Assembly (NCBI GenBank): GCA_041665345.1
Contig: JBAYJA010000002.1
Span: 97,252 to 161,251 of the forward strand
Origin: Patescibacteria group bacterium
GTDB lineage: Bacteria; Patescibacteriota; Patescibacteriia; PEXW01
DNA: 64,000 bases
Reading direction: 5' to 3'
Shown here in pieces: positions 37,786-47,911 of this stretch. The position numbers and the translations under genes were made by a program. Numbering within the stretch: the first letter of the stretch is position 1; the number at the start of each line of letters is the position of its first letter. The notes below the pieces were generated by a model, which ran no database searches, was not told the origin of the DNA, and saw nothing but the letters and a program-made list of their open reading frames with translations.

Positions 37786-38272
37786 CCTCCTGGTTTTTTT
37801 TGTGTTCAGCAGAGTGTAGCATTAGGTTGCAAACCGTCAAGCGCACATAAAAAAGACCCACCCTCCTCCGCCACTGCTTTGGAGGGCAGGCCAGGTAAGG
37901 GTGGGTTTGATACTTACACTTTTCCTTTTAACCAGTCATTGACTGCATCGGCGGTTTCCTTGCAAAGGCTAAGAGAGTCAATACCATTGCGTTGCAAAAG
38001 CATGTCACGGCCAGTCGAGTTCACGGTAATCTTCATTTTCCGCACTTCCTCGATGAGTCCTTTCCATTCTGTATGGTGGGCGGTAATCAGTATTATGTGT
38101 TTTGGAAACACACTGACCGAAAGAATTGTCGCAATGGAAAAAAGTGAATCTGGTTTTTTCACACGGTTCCTCCTTGGTTTTGGTGTTCAGCAGAGTGTAG
38201 CATTCGGCTACTAGCCGTCAAGGCGTGTAAAAAAAGACCCACCCTCCTTCGCTGCTGCTTTGGAGGGCAGGT
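37786..38272 (-). repeat. ~105-bp direct repeat (37786-37891 and 38168-38272) containing terminator, promoter and RBS
   Basis: Shared gtgttcagcagagtgtagcatt..ccgtcaag..aaaaagacccaccctcct..tgctttggagggcagg. Confidence 0.85.
37914..38162 (-). CDS. Small hypothetical protein (terminator-promoter module)
   Basis: AGGAGG RBS; lies between the two direct repeats. Confidence 0.65.
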   Translation of the reverse strand: MKKPDSLFSIATILSVSVFPKHIILITAHHTEWKGLIEEVRKMKITVNSTGRDMLLQRNGIDSLSLCKETADAVNDWLKGKV

Positions 38273-38323
38273 CGAGGAGTGGTGAGTCTTTATAATGTGC
38301 TTCACGAGCACGTGACGCTACTT

Positions 38324-38575
38324 TCAGCCGGGCCATTCGTTGGCCCAGGCGGAGAGGAGCTTGGTGGTGTCGTAGGTCAGATGAAAGGTGCACCTTGATC
38401 CTTCTTCAACCACACGCTCATTCTCATTGGTTGTGTGAATGCTGACCATATTCGAACATTGACCAACAGAAAGTTCGAATTCGCGGCCATCTGTGCACTG
38501 AATGGTTACAGTGTCTTTCCCGGGAGCGATGTTGAGTACAGGGTGTTCTTTTTTTCTAACGTCCGTGTCAGCCAT
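38324..38575 (-). CDS. Small hypothetical protein
   Basis: GGAGG RBS; TTGACG promoter ~38660. Confidence 0.65.
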   Translation of the reverse strand: MADTDVRKKEHPVLNIAPGKDTVTIQCTDGREFELSVGQCSNMVSIHTTNENERVVEEGSRCTFHLTYDTTKLLSAWANEWPG

Positions 38576-38698
38576 GGTTCCTCCACTTGATTTTTATGTG
38601 GTCTTTTTGTATAATCTGCTTTCGTCTCCCTATCCTACGTCGCCGGTTTCGCAGCGTCAATATGCTACACTGGCAGTAGGTGTAACCCCCTTTTTCCT

Positions 38699-38989
38699 AT
38701 GAACCAAGCCCAACAATTGCAAATAAAAATTGATGACATCACCATGAAAGGTGTGTACGCCAACATGATGAGCATTGCCCACACCAAGGAAGAATTTGTT
38801 TTGGATTTCCTGCACATTGCGGCAGCGCAGCAGCAGGGCATTGCCGTGGCGCGGGTGGTTGTTTCCCCTGGGCACGCCAAGCGCATTTTGAGCGCCATCA
38901 AGGAAAACCTGGAAAAGTACGAAGCGGCTTTTGGGAAAATTGAAGCCGCCAAGGAGCCAACCTCTGGTGGGGTTGGGTTCCAGGCGTAA
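38699..38989 (+). CDS. DUF3467-like protein
   Basis: GVYANMMSIAHTKEEFVLDF, ARVVVSPGHAKR, YEAAFGKI. Confidence 0.8.
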   Translation: MNQAQQLQIKIDDITMKGVYANMMSIAHTKEEFVLDFLHIAAAQQQGIAVARVVVSPGHAKRILSAIKENLEKYEAAFGKIEAAKEPTSGGVGFQA

Positions 38990-39006
38990 CCTACATTTGG
39001 AGTAGT

Positions 39007-40194
39007 ATGGCCACCCCCTCCTCACTCGCGCAAAAAATGACCAAATCCACAGCACCAACACCAAGTCCACTGACGTGGAAATTTGTGGTTATGGGTGTGG
39101 TGCCGGTGGTGAGTAGCGTGCTGTTGTGGTGGACGCTGCACATAGCGTTGCTTGGACCCAATGACGCGCTGACCACGGTTGAGCGCCTGATGCAGTACAG
39201 CGTGAGTTTGATTTTTTTCTGTATTACCCTGGCCTTGTTTGGCGTCTTTGCTATGGCCGCTGGCCGTCGGCGCTGGTGGGCTTCGCTCGTTTCCGGTGCG
39301 CTGAGTTCCATCACCTTGCTCCCATTCTTCCCGTGGCGCTGGGCAACCTTGGCTGCTGCGCTCATTACCTTGTGTGGGTATGCACTGTGGTCATGGAACG
39401 TGGCTGGGGATGTGGCCATCCGGCGGAAGTTCCAACCACATTACACCATCCATGCCGGATTTGGCACAGGGTTGATTCTCCTCCTGGTGGGAGTGTCGAT
39501 GTGCTACTATACTTCGTTGGGTCAAAAAGATGCTTCTGCTGCGACATTCCGGGAAAATTTGATTAGCTCTGGTCGTGAGGGAATTGATTCTGTGCTGGCG
39601 AATCAAGTGGAGGGGTACCGGGGAGAAATGACCTTGGATGAATTTTTGGGTTTGGTGGCAACGGATAAGCTTGGGGAATTTGTCCTCCCTCAGGTGACGG
39701 AGACATTGGACAATGACCGAGCCAAGCAGGAAGCGTACAGGAAATTGCAGACTGAATTGCGGAAGCTGAACCCTAGTTTGCCAGCCACGCAGACAAATGC
39801 AATGGGCGCTGAGCTGGACAAGCAACTGGAAGCTGAACGGCAAGCGCTGTTGCAGGCAACGTTGGCTAAACTCAGTGATGTGCAGCGGCAACTCTTAGAT
39901 GAAGCACGCCATGAATTTGTGCAAACTTTTCGCATTCAGGCTGCCGGTACGGAAACGATGGACGCGGTCATTGATAAAATTCTCTTACGAAATATTTCCA
40001 CCTACGTGGATCCGTACGAAGATTTCTTGCCACCGTTGCTTGCGCTCTCTTTCTTCTTTGTCATTGAGCTGATTAGTATTATCTACCGGTATATCATTTT
40101 TGCTTTGGCGCCGCTCATTGCCTGGGTGTACCAGAAAATGGGTGCCCTGCGCTTGCGGGTGGTTCAGGCAGATGTTGAGGAAGTGGTGGTGTAG
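39007..40194 (+). CDS. Hypothetical membrane protein
   Basis: 5 N-terminal TM helices, coiled-coil, C-terminal TM; directly upstream of dnaJ. Confidence 0.8.
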   Translation: MATPSSLAQKMTKSTAPTPSPLTWKFVVMGVVPVVSSVLLWWTLHIALLGPNDALTTVERLMQYSVSLIFFCITLALFGVFAMAAGRRRWWASLVSGALSSITLLPFFPWRWATLAAALITLCGYALWSWNVAGDVAIRRKFQPHYTIHAGFGTGLILLLVGVSMCYYTSLGQKDASAATFRENLISSGREGIDSVLANQVEGYRGEMTLDEFLGLVATDKLGEFVLPQVTETLDNDRAKQEAYRKLQTELRKLNPSLPATQTNAMGAELDKQLEAERQALLQATLAKLSDVQRQLLDEARHEFVQTFRIQAAGTETMDAVIDKILLRNISTYVDPYEDFLPPLLALSFFFVIELISIIYRYIIFALAPLIAWVYQKMGALRLRVVQADVEEVVV

Positions 40195-40199
40195 CGCGT

Positions 40200-41324
40200 A
40201 TGGAAAAAGACTACTACTCCATTCTTGGGATTTCTCGCTCCGCGAGTGCGGATGAGGTGAAGAAAGCCTTTCGGAAGAAAGCGCACGAATTTCACCCTGA
40301 CAAATCCCACGGTGACGAGGCAAAGTTTAAGGAAGTGAATGAGGCGTACCAGGTTTTGTCGAACCAGGAAAAGCGCCAGCAGTATGACCAGTACGGCCAA
40401 ACCTTTGACGATGCTCGCCGGCAGGGTGGTGGCCCTGGTGCGGGTGCTGGGTTTGGCGGTTTTGGTGGATTTGGCCAGGGCGGGTTCCAAGGCAACGTGG
40501 ATATGGGCGACCTGGGAGATATGTTTGGTGACCTATTTGGCTTTGGGGGTGGGCGGAGTCGTCGCAGCACCCGGCAACGTGGTGGTGCAGATATCCAGGC
40601 AGACATCCAGCTCACTTTCCGGGAGGCATCGTTTGGCGTGGAAAAGCAATTTGAACTATTGAAAGAAGTTGTGTGCGATCACTGCAAAGGTAACGGGGCA
40701 GAACCTGGTGCCAAGGTAGAAACGTGCAGTACGTGCAAGGGTCAAGGTCAGGTGCAGCGCGTGGTGAATTCCATGTTCGGCCAAATGGCGCAGACTGTCG
40801 TTTGTCCAACTTGCGAAGGGCAAGGGAGTGTCCCAACCCAGAAGTGTCGGACGTGTGGGGGTGATGGCCGAGTCCGTCGTGAAACCATGATCAAAGTTTC
40901 GGTCCCGGCTGGGATTGATGACGGTGAGCGCATACGCCTCACTGGTCAAGGGGAGGCAGGTGAACGTGGGGCAGCGGCAGGGGATTTGTACCTCCGTATT
41001 CGGGTAACACCGGATGCACGGTACGAACGGGATGGGGCAAACGTGGTTTCCACCGCCCACATTACTTTTTCCCAGGCAGCACTTGGAGCGAAAGTCGACG
41101 TCGAAACTTTGGATGGCGCAGTGGTCATGAAAATTCCCTCAGGAACCCAGAGCGGCAAAGTGTTCCGCTTGAAAGACAAAGGCATTCCGCATCTGCGCAA
41201 ACGCGGCCGGGGGGATCACCTGGTCACCGTTGTCGTTGACGTGCCCACGAAGTTATCCGGTAAACGCAAAGCACTACTGAAACAACTTGCAGAAATTGAG
41301 GGGAGTGAGGTAGAGGAGGGGTAG
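40200..41324 (+). CDS. dnaJ: Chaperone DnaJ
   Basis: J-domain HPD, G/F region, four CxxCxGxG repeats. Confidence 0.98.
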   Translation: MEKDYYSILGISRSASADEVKKAFRKKAHEFHPDKSHGDEAKFKEVNEAYQVLSNQEKRQQYDQYGQTFDDARRQGGGPGAGAGFGGFGGFGQGGFQGNVDMGDLGDMFGDLFGFGGGRSRRSTRQRGGADIQADIQLTFREASFGVEKQFELLKEVVCDHCKGNGAEPGAKVETCSTCKGQGQVQRVVNSMFGQMAQTVVCPTCEGQGSVPTQKCRTCGGDGRVRRETMIKVSVPAGIDDGERIRLTGQGEAGERGAAAGDLYLRIRVTPDARYERDGANVVSTAHITFSQAALGAKVDVETLDGAVVMKIPSGTQSGKVFRLKDKGIPHLRKRGRGDHLVTVVVDVPTKLSGKRKALLKQLAEIEGSEVEEG

Positions 41325-41514
41325 AGGTATAAAGCTGCTCCGACGCTTTGGTCGGAGCCCCGAGTGAGTCAGACGAATCGAGGGGTAGAGATCTTGGAAG
41401 CCTGTGGCAATTCCGCTAGAACACAGAACTGTCAGTTACCTCACCTCAAGCAGCAGCTTCTCTAAGCTGCGGTGTTATTAAGACCAAAGTGAGAACTTGG
41501 ACCTACCTTTTTTC

Positions 41515-41652
41515 TGTCATCCTGAATCATATGACCTGTCCACCGAAGCAGCAGCGTAGGTGGGAGGATCCCCAGGCTATGGATAAACTTCAGAGATTCT
41601 CCCGCCTACGTTAAGAAACTTCGGCTGACTGGTCGTCAGACTCAGAATGACA
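41515..41652. repeat. TGTCATCCTGAA..CTCAGAATGACA REP doublet with nested mini-elements
   Basis: Homologous to 15853-15968. Confidence 0.8.
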
Positions 41653-41825
41653 AAGGGGAAGGAGAAAGTTTTGGTTTTGGATGGTGGATGGAAGATGAGA
41701 AATGCAACTAAATAGCCTAAACCTATACCTCTCCCAAACCTCCACCCTCTAACTCCACACGCCGCGACACCTAAAACCTACCAACACACTTGCGAAACTA
41801 GTGAGAATCCATTAGGGTATGAAAA

Positions 41826-42200
41826 ATGGTTACAGCGAACATTGGAGAGGAGAAAACTTTGATAAAGATTAAAGACGGCATTGTGTACCTGAGTGTGCAG
41901 GAAATCGCAAAACGCCTGGGCGTGACCACACGGACAGTTGCACGGTGGAAAAAACTCGGCTATGTCGAAGTGTTTTGCGGGAATCCTACCAAACCTCATG
42001 CACCAGAGACCGCCGTGAAGTATCCCTTACCATTTCAGCGTGTCTTCCCGGCTGATTGCCACAAGTACCTTGCCATTGATGACGCGAATCGGTTGTTCCT
42101 ATTGCATGGCATTCACCCACTGGTTTTTGCAGCCCCGAAGGTGTATGAACTGCAGGAGTTGCTCAAAGAGCTGGCGAAGGGCAAGCAGAAGTCTGAATAG
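41826..42200 (+). CDS. Small HTH (MerR/excisionase-like) protein
   Basis: YLSVQEIAKRLGVTTRTVARWKKLG; exact start uncertain. Confidence 0.65.
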   Translation: MVTANIGEEKTLIKIKDGIVYLSVQEIAKRLGVTTRTVARWKKLGYVEVFCGNPTKPHAPETAVKYPLPFQRVFPADCHKYLAIDDANRLFLLHGIHPLVFAAPKVYELQELLKELAKGKQKSE

Positions 42201-42340
42201 CCAAGAAGTGGTATTCCGCAAGTACTCTCCCACACCCGTGGGAGTACCATCACCCGCAGCGCCTGTTTGGAAATCAGGGCTGCGGTGTTTTTTTACACAA
42301 ACACCCGCCCTGAATTTGTCAGAGGGCGGGTGGAAATGTA

Positions 42341-43027
42341 CTAAGCAAGTTTTAGGCGGCCAATCCGCTGCAACGCCAGGAAGGTAATCCCAATGGATAT
42401 TTCTTCTGGAACACGTCCTGCGCTGATGAGTTTCAGCCAATCAGCTAAGGGGATCAACATGACTTTCAAATATTCATTTTCATCGAGCTTGATGTGTTCA
42501 ATAACAATTGGCTCTTCGGCATACCCCAGGAACGGAAAGTAGCGCTGGGTGTTTCCTCTGGTGCTTAATGGAATCCCATCGGTGGAGAGTGGGTGGAGGT
42601 TTGCTAGGATGATTCCTGTTTCCTCTTCGAATTCCCTTTTTGCGCAAGCTGCCATGTCGCCATGGTCAACGGCAGAAACGACACCAGTAGGCGGGACTAA
42701 AGATATAACCTCAGCCCCATGCCTCCACTCAACAATGATTGGCAATACATCGCCTGGCAGAATGCAGAAAACTGTTGAACAGTTTTCTGCAACGGTACGG
42801 AAACCCCGGAATGTAGCCCCATTAGGTTTTTCTAAGGTCAGCACTTCCGTTTTGGGTGAAAACTCAAGTTCGTGGATTTGCTCCTCACTCAATTGGCCTT
42901 GGCGGTAGCGGTCAAAATCAACTGGCGGGGCTAGATGCTTCCAGGGACGAATTCCTGAGTGAAGAAGGTATTCGTCAAGTTGATACGAACGGACAATAGG
43001 CATTCCCCACTGCATTTCAAATTGCAT
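42341..43027 (-). CDS. NUDIX hydrolase (ADP-ribose pyrophosphatase-like)
   Basis: EWRHG, PTGVV......MAACAKREFEEETG, LDENEYL. Confidence 0.8.
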   Translation of the reverse strand: MQFEMQWGMPIVRSYQLDEYLLHSGIRPWKHLAPPVDFDRYRQGQLSEEQIHELEFSPKTEVLTLEKPNGATFRGFRTVAENCSTVFCILPGDVLPIIVEWRHGAEVISLVPPTGVVSAVDHGDMAACAKREFEEETGIILANLHPLSTDGIPLSTRGNTQRYFPFLGYAEEPIVIEHIKLDENEYLKVMLIPLADWLKLISAGRVPEEISIGITFLALQRIGRLKLA

Positions 43028-43158
43028 TGCTGCTCCTTTGTAGACTCGTTTATATTTCCAAATATCGTATACCTTTTCCTATCCGATGTCAATGGAAGTA
43101 CTAGTGTACATTGAGAAAAAAAATGGTATACTCATACCATCGTCAGGAGGAAACGAAC

Positions 43159-43725
43159 ATGGACACAACTTCCATTGGAGGAGTAGCACAAAGTGCATTC
43201 AGCAGTATCAACTGGGCACAGCCCACCTGGGACTTGTTCATTATCATGTTCTTCATTATTGCTGCGTTCCTCTATGGGCTCAGTTTGGGCCGGGATCGAA
43301 TCATAGTCATCATGGTGTCCATCTACATGGCCTTGGCCATTGTCAGCGCGGCACCATTCCTGGGTCCAACCACAACGATAGTTCTCAACACCCCAGTGGT
43401 CATTAAGATCAGCGTCTTTTTGGGAATCTTCGTGCTGCTGTTCTTCTTCATGTCTCGGTCTGCCTTGCTCCGTACCATTGCCTCGTCCGATGATAAAGGC
43501 AAATGGTGGCAGGTGCTCATTTACTCCATTCTCCACATTGGTTTACTGGTCAGCGTGACGCTGAATTACTTGCCCTCTGGAGCTGTGGAAAAATTAGCGC
43601 CGCTTACCCGCGCAGTCTTTGCTACCCCCAACGCTCGCTTTGGCTGGGTGATTGCCCCCATCATTGCCATGGTTCTCTTTGGCGGTGCGGCCAAGGAGAA
43701 GAAGAAGTTTAAGTACGAGGTGTAG
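43159..43725 (+). CDS. Hypothetical membrane protein (CvpA-like)
   Basis: AGGAGG RBS; PTWDLFI..FF...FLYG..LGR; about 5 TM helices. Confidence 0.7.
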   Translation: MDTTSIGGVAQSAFSSINWAQPTWDLFIIMFFIIAAFLYGLSLGRDRIIVIMVSIYMALAIVSAAPFLGPTTTIVLNTPVVIKISVFLGIFVLLFFFMSRSALLRTIASSDDKGKWWQVLIYSILHIGLLVSVTLNYLPSGAVEKLAPLTRAVFATPNARFGWVIAPIIAMVLFGGAAKEKKKFKYEV

Positions 43726-43949
43726 GGAGGTAGCAAGATAGCAAGATGGCGAGTTAGCGCGCTGGTATGAAGGCGCTTTTTTGTCTACCACAGGTGGTAA
43801 GGTGAATTATTTTACCCTCTGTCATTGCGAGGAACGAGTCATCGAGTGGCGTGGCAATCTTGCTGTCACACGGAATAAGTATAAAAAAAGCCGCCCGGTG
43901 GTGCCAGGCGGTGGTACTTCAATGGAAGGTTGAGTAATGGGGCAGACAG

Positions 43950-44345
43950 TTATGCAGTGGCCTGATTTGGTCTCGACAATTTGTAACTGATAGCAGCGAG
44001 TATGGCTCCTAAGACCAGGCAAAATGCTGCAACGTGCCATTCAAACGGGAGTTGTTCGTGTAGCACTCTCCGGTTATAGACAAGGATGTTGTCGAAAACC
44101 AGATTTATAGTGCAGAGACTGAGCGCCACAATGCCAATGAGGCAGGAAACTGCTTTCCGGTTGCTCCCGTCAACCCTTACGAGCAGGGTAATGAGCATCG
44201 AAAGCGAGAGAAGCAAACCGCCGTTCGTCATGAGCTGGTAGTGCTCATTTTTTGGAAGCAGGGCGTCTGTACTAAATATGAGCACGGACCCAATCAGCGA
44301 TAATGCAGTGAGCCGAAAAACAATGTACATCTCTTTCATGTACAA
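43950..44345 (-). CDS. 4-TM membrane protein (module gene)
   Basis: Own TTGACA..TAAGAT promoter; GAAAGGA RBS. Confidence 0.7.
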   Translation of the reverse strand: MYMKEMYIVFRLTALSLIGSVLIFSTDALLPKNEHYQLMTNGGLLLSLSMLITLLVRVDGSNRKAVSCLIGIVALSLCTINLVFDNILVYNRRVLHEQLPFEWHVAAFCLVLGAILAAISYKLSRPNQATA

Positions 44346-44439
44346 TTCCTTTCCTAAAGATCATTTTTTCCATCTTAGAGTCCGTTTTGGCATTTGTCAA
44401 ATAATAAAACCGCCCAGTTGAGCCAGGCGGCAAAGGTGA

Positions 44440-44811
44440 TTACACCTGTAGATTACCAAAGCAATCTATGTGGAGGGTAACGTTACTTTCACTGTATCCC
44501 TTCCCCTCGATTTCCAGAAGAGAACCTTGCATTCGAAGCTTAGCATCCCCAACTGCTACTAAGCAGAAATCCCCATCATTTTCTAGACCATAGTAGTAAT
44601 AGAAGTTTATTTTTTTATCCTTGGTCAAGAGAATGTAAAAGAATAAATTGGGAAGGACATAGGACCCATTACCACCAAGCGTTACTGATCCGGAGAAAGC
44701 AATCGCTTGGTTTTTTTCAGCAGCCTCTACAAAAGCTAGTGGCCAATCGTAGGGGTCGAGATCAGACCGAACTGCTGGAATTCCCATGCTTGAATTTCCT
44801 TTAGTGTTCAC
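44440..44811 (-). CDS. Hypothetical protein (module gene)
   Basis: TTGACG-17-TAGGCT promoter; AGGAGG RBS. Confidence 0.7.
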   Translation of the reverse strand: MNTKGNSSMGIPAVRSDLDPYDWPLAFVEAAEKNQAIAFSGSVTLGGNGSYVLPNLFFYILLTKDKKINFYYYYGLENDGDFCLVAVGDAKLRMQGSLLEIEGKGYSESNVTLHIDCFGNLQV

Positions 44812-44909
44812 TCATTCCTCCTTTACAGAACTTTTTTTCAGCCTAGCTCTGTACATAAAGAACGTCAAATAGAAAAAGCCGCCCGGATTTTTCCAGGCGG
44901 CGAATGCTG

Positions 44910-45260
44910 CTACAGAATTTGGATCATTCCTTTTGTATCTAGACATAAAACGATCAATGTATCGTCAACAGTCTTGCCGATTATGTACAGGTCATCGTCT
45001 AGTTCTTGAACAAGAGAAACCCTGCGGTAATAGACAGTGAAAAGATCCCCTCGTTGATTATCTAACGTTAAAGTGACTCGGAGACCTTTTTTTCTAAAGC
45101 CTAGCTCCCTTTCTAGTATTAGGGTTGTGCCGCTATCTTTAGTCTCGAGTTGCAGCGTTTCTACGGAGATGGTTTTGTCCCCTTGCTTCCCGATTTCCTT
45201 GTCGTGTTTTACAAATTGTTTGCTAAAGTAGGCCTCGATGATCTGTTTAAATTTTTCCAT
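44910..45260 (-). CDS. Hypothetical protein (module gene)
   Basis: TTGACA-17-TAAGGT promoter; GGAGG RBS. Confidence 0.75.
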   Translation of the reverse strand: MEKFKQIIEAYFSKQFVKHDKEIGKQGDKTISVETLQLETKDSGTTLILERELGFRKKGLRVTLTLDNQRGDLFTVYYRRVSLVQELDDDLYIIGKTVDDTLIVLCLDTKGMIQIL

Positions 45261-45366
45261 TTTTCCTCCAATTTCTTTGTGCCTACCTTAGAATAAGAGG
45301 AATAATTTGTCAAAAAAGGACCGCCCGGTGGTGCCAGGCGGCTTCAATGAAAGAAACTGCTGCGTA

Positions 45367-45810
45367 TTAGCCCTGAACGTCATCCTCAACGCTGAAACTG
45401 CCATCTCGGTAGAAGTAAACGGCTCGTTCCACGCCTGGGAGAGGCTCAGTGATAACGGCCAGTTCATTTTCGGGGTCATTGAGATTAGGGTATTCAATGG
45501 CCACGATTCTTTCGACGGATGCGTGACTTAGAGCAGCTTCGTCGGCCGCTTTGGGTGACCCAGGAATGAGCGCGCACAAGCGCTGGGTAAATCTGAGTCC
45601 AAAAGAGCCTTTCTGTTTACCATAATGAATGCAAACCAGCAGGCTGATTCCTTCCAAGCGCTTGTGTTGCATTGGTACCAAGAAACTTGCAAGTCGGAAG
45701 CCTCCTGGAAGTTCTTCGGAAAAATGTGTGAATCCGCCATTTTTCTCGAAAAATGTTTTTAATTCCTTAACAATGCGCTCGGGACTCAAAGGAGTTCTCA
45801 AGAAATCCAT
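45367..45810 (-). CDS. Hypothetical protein (module gene)
   Basis: TTGACA-17-TAATTT promoter; AAAGG RBS. Confidence 0.7.
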   Translation of the reverse strand: MDFLRTPLSPERIVKELKTFFEKNGGFTHFSEELPGGFRLASFLVPMQHKRLEGISLLVCIHYGKQKGSFGLRFTQRLCALIPGSPKAADEAALSHASVERIVAIEYPNLNDPENELAVITEPLPGVERAVYFYRDGSFSVEDDVQG

Positions 45811-45932
45811 ATGTACCTTTCTTTCGCTGTTTATATTTGTTAATACATGAAATTAGCATAGTTGTCGTTTTCTGTCAATACTTTTTAGTAGAGCAGAAAA
45901 CCGCCCGGTGGTGCCAGGCGGTCGATTCTTGT

Positions 45933-46358
45933 TTAAGGTACACTGAGAATGTATGTAGCTTGCCGGTTCTGCACTAAGCAGATTTGGAAGGAGGCTGACA
46001 TGCCCATAAAAGTTCCGCGGATTTTAAGCCAGCGGCAAACAAGTTTTGACTGCTTGGTCCAATTTTGATTGGAAATGAGAAATGGAGGTTTTGTGCGTTT
46101 TAGTTGGCGTACCTCGTTGACAGAGTAGATTAGAGATCTCTTGGTATTTTTCGAATCAAACTCACAAGCAGTGAGAGTAAGTAGCCCACCAAGGAAATAA
46201 ACAGTAAACTTTCCGTGATGCCTATACTTACTTTGGAAGGGGACTGTTGCTGTGAAAATATCTTTTTCAGTTTTTTTCACCTTGAAGAATGCCTGTAGTT
46301 GCTTGATAATTTCGGTATCTTCCATTTTTTTTGGAAAATTTCGCTTTTGCTTCTGCAT
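45933..46358 (-). CDS. Hypothetical basic protein (module gene)
   Basis: TTGACG-17-TACATT promoter; AAGGA RBS. Confidence 0.65.
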   Translation of the reverse strand: MQKQKRNFPKKMEDTEIIKQLQAFFKVKKTEKDIFTATVPFQSKYRHHGKFTVYFLGGLLTLTACEFDSKNTKRSLIYSVNEVRQLKRTKPPFLISNQNWTKQSKLVCRWLKIRGTFMGMSASFQICLVQNRQATYILSVP

Positions 46359-46443
46359 CTGACTATCCTTATTTTTAGGGTACTTTCTTGTTTAGCTTGG
46401 AAATGTAGCTTACTATAGAGGTAACGTCAATTGCTTTTCAAAT

Positions 46444-47823
46444 ATGCCCCTCAAACTCTTCAATACCCTCACCCGGAAGGTGGAGGAATTCAAACCCATC
46501 AACCCACCCCACGTGGGATTCTACGCCTGCGGACCAACAGTATACGGCCGGGCCCACCTGGGGAATTTACGCACGTACCTATTTGTGGATGTGCTCCATC
46601 GCACACTAGAAAATAGTGGATTTGATGTTGACTTCGTCATGAATATCACAGACGTTGGTCATCTTACGTCAGACGCAGACGAGGGTGAGGATAAGATGGA
46701 AAAAGGCGCGGCGCGAGACCATGTGAGTGTGTGGGACGTTGCGAAAAAGTACACAGAGCTTTTTAAAGAAGATATGCAAGAGCTGCACATTTGGGAGCCA
46801 GACCAATGGCTACGGGCCACGGATAATATCCCAGAGCAAATTGCACTCATTGAGCGGCTGGAGGCTGAAGGGTACACGTACAAGACCTCAGATGGGGTGT
46901 ACTTTGATACGAGTAAGTTCTCAAAGTACGGTGCCCTGGCCAAGCTGAATCTCAAAGGGCAGAAAGCCGGAGCTCGGGTGGCGGAGAATCAGGAGAAGCG
47001 AAACCCAACAGACTTTGCCTTGTGGAAGTTTTCACCTCGGGATAGCCAGCGCCAAATGGAGTGGGAGAGCCCGTGGGGGATTGGTTTCCCAGGTTGGCAC
47101 CTGGAGTGCAGCGCCATGAGCATGAAAGCCCTTGGTTCCAGTTTTGATTTGCACGCTGGTGGAGTGGATCACATTCCCGTGCACCACACCAATGAGATTG
47201 CCCAGAGTGAAGCAGCAACGGGGAAGCCATTTGTGCGCACCTGGGTGCACGGAGAATTTTTGCTCATTGATGATGGGAAGATGTCAAAATCTTTAGACAA
47301 TACGTACACGCTGGAAAATTTGGAAGAGAAGAAATTGAGCCCACTGGCGTTCCGCTTGTATTGCCTTGGCGCGCACTACCGCAGTAAATTGAATTTTACG
47401 TGGGAGGCTTTAGCGAAGACCCAAAAGGTGTTGGAAGATTTGCATCAACGCATTGCTGCACTGGATGGCGCGCCCAATATCGGCATTCGGAAGTATGAGG
47501 AAAAGTTTTTTGCGGCTATGCAGAACGATCTGAACACGCCCCAAGCTCTGGCAGTACTGTGGGAACTCCTCAAGAGTAATGAACCTGCAGCAGCCAAACG
47601 TGCTTCTGTGGTCAAGATGGATGAAATATTGGGACTGGGTTTGGCAACCATTGAACCACTGGTTCTGGTTATTCCTGCGGCTATTCAAAAGCTGGTTGCT
47701 GAGCGGGAGGCTGCACGCAAGGCAAAGGACTGGGCAAAGAGTGACGAACTGCGGAAGCAAATTGAGCAAGCCGGTTTTTCACTCAAGGACACCGCGGACG
47801 GCCAGGTGCTGGGCAAGGGGTAA
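46444..47823 (+). CDS. cysS: Cysteine--tRNA ligase
   Basis: YACGPTVY..AHLGN, DFALWK, GFPGWHLECSAM, KMSKS. Confidence 0.98.
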   Translation: MPLKLFNTLTRKVEEFKPINPPHVGFYACGPTVYGRAHLGNLRTYLFVDVLHRTLENSGFDVDFVMNITDVGHLTSDADEGEDKMEKGAARDHVSVWDVAKKYTELFKEDMQELHIWEPDQWLRATDNIPEQIALIERLEAEGYTYKTSDGVYFDTSKFSKYGALAKLNLKGQKAGARVAENQEKRNPTDFALWKFSPRDSQRQMEWESPWGIGFPGWHLECSAMSMKALGSSFDLHAGGVDHIPVHHTNEIAQSEAATGKPFVRTWVHGEFLLIDDGKMSKSLDNTYTLENLEEKKLSPLAFRLYCLGAHYRSKLNFTWEALAKTQKVLEDLHQRIAALDGAPNIGIRKYEEKFFAAMQNDLNTPQALAVLWELLKSNEPAAAKRASVVKMDEILGLGLATIEPLVLVIPAAIQKLVAEREAARKAKDWAKSDELRKQIEQAGFSLKDTADGQVLGKG

Positions 47824-47911
47824 AAAAGAACTCCATTTGCTGTGTAGGAGTTTGACGAAACGACTTTTTTGTGGTATCATATAGATACTTCAACAGATAA
47901 AAAGCAAAAAT

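Larger units (their letters stand above)
43884..45921 (-). repeat. Five copies of a CCGCCTGG-N6-C(C/T)GGGCGG-TTTT terminator (~43884, 44406, 44873, 45312, 45897)
   Basis: ccgcccggtggtgccaggcgg is identical in three copies; four copies are followed within 30 nt by a TTGAC(A/G) promoter for the next gene. Confidence 0.9.

Noticed and set aside
41826-42200. Excisionase marking an integrated element
   Set aside because: HTH only; no adjacent integrase or att repeats seen
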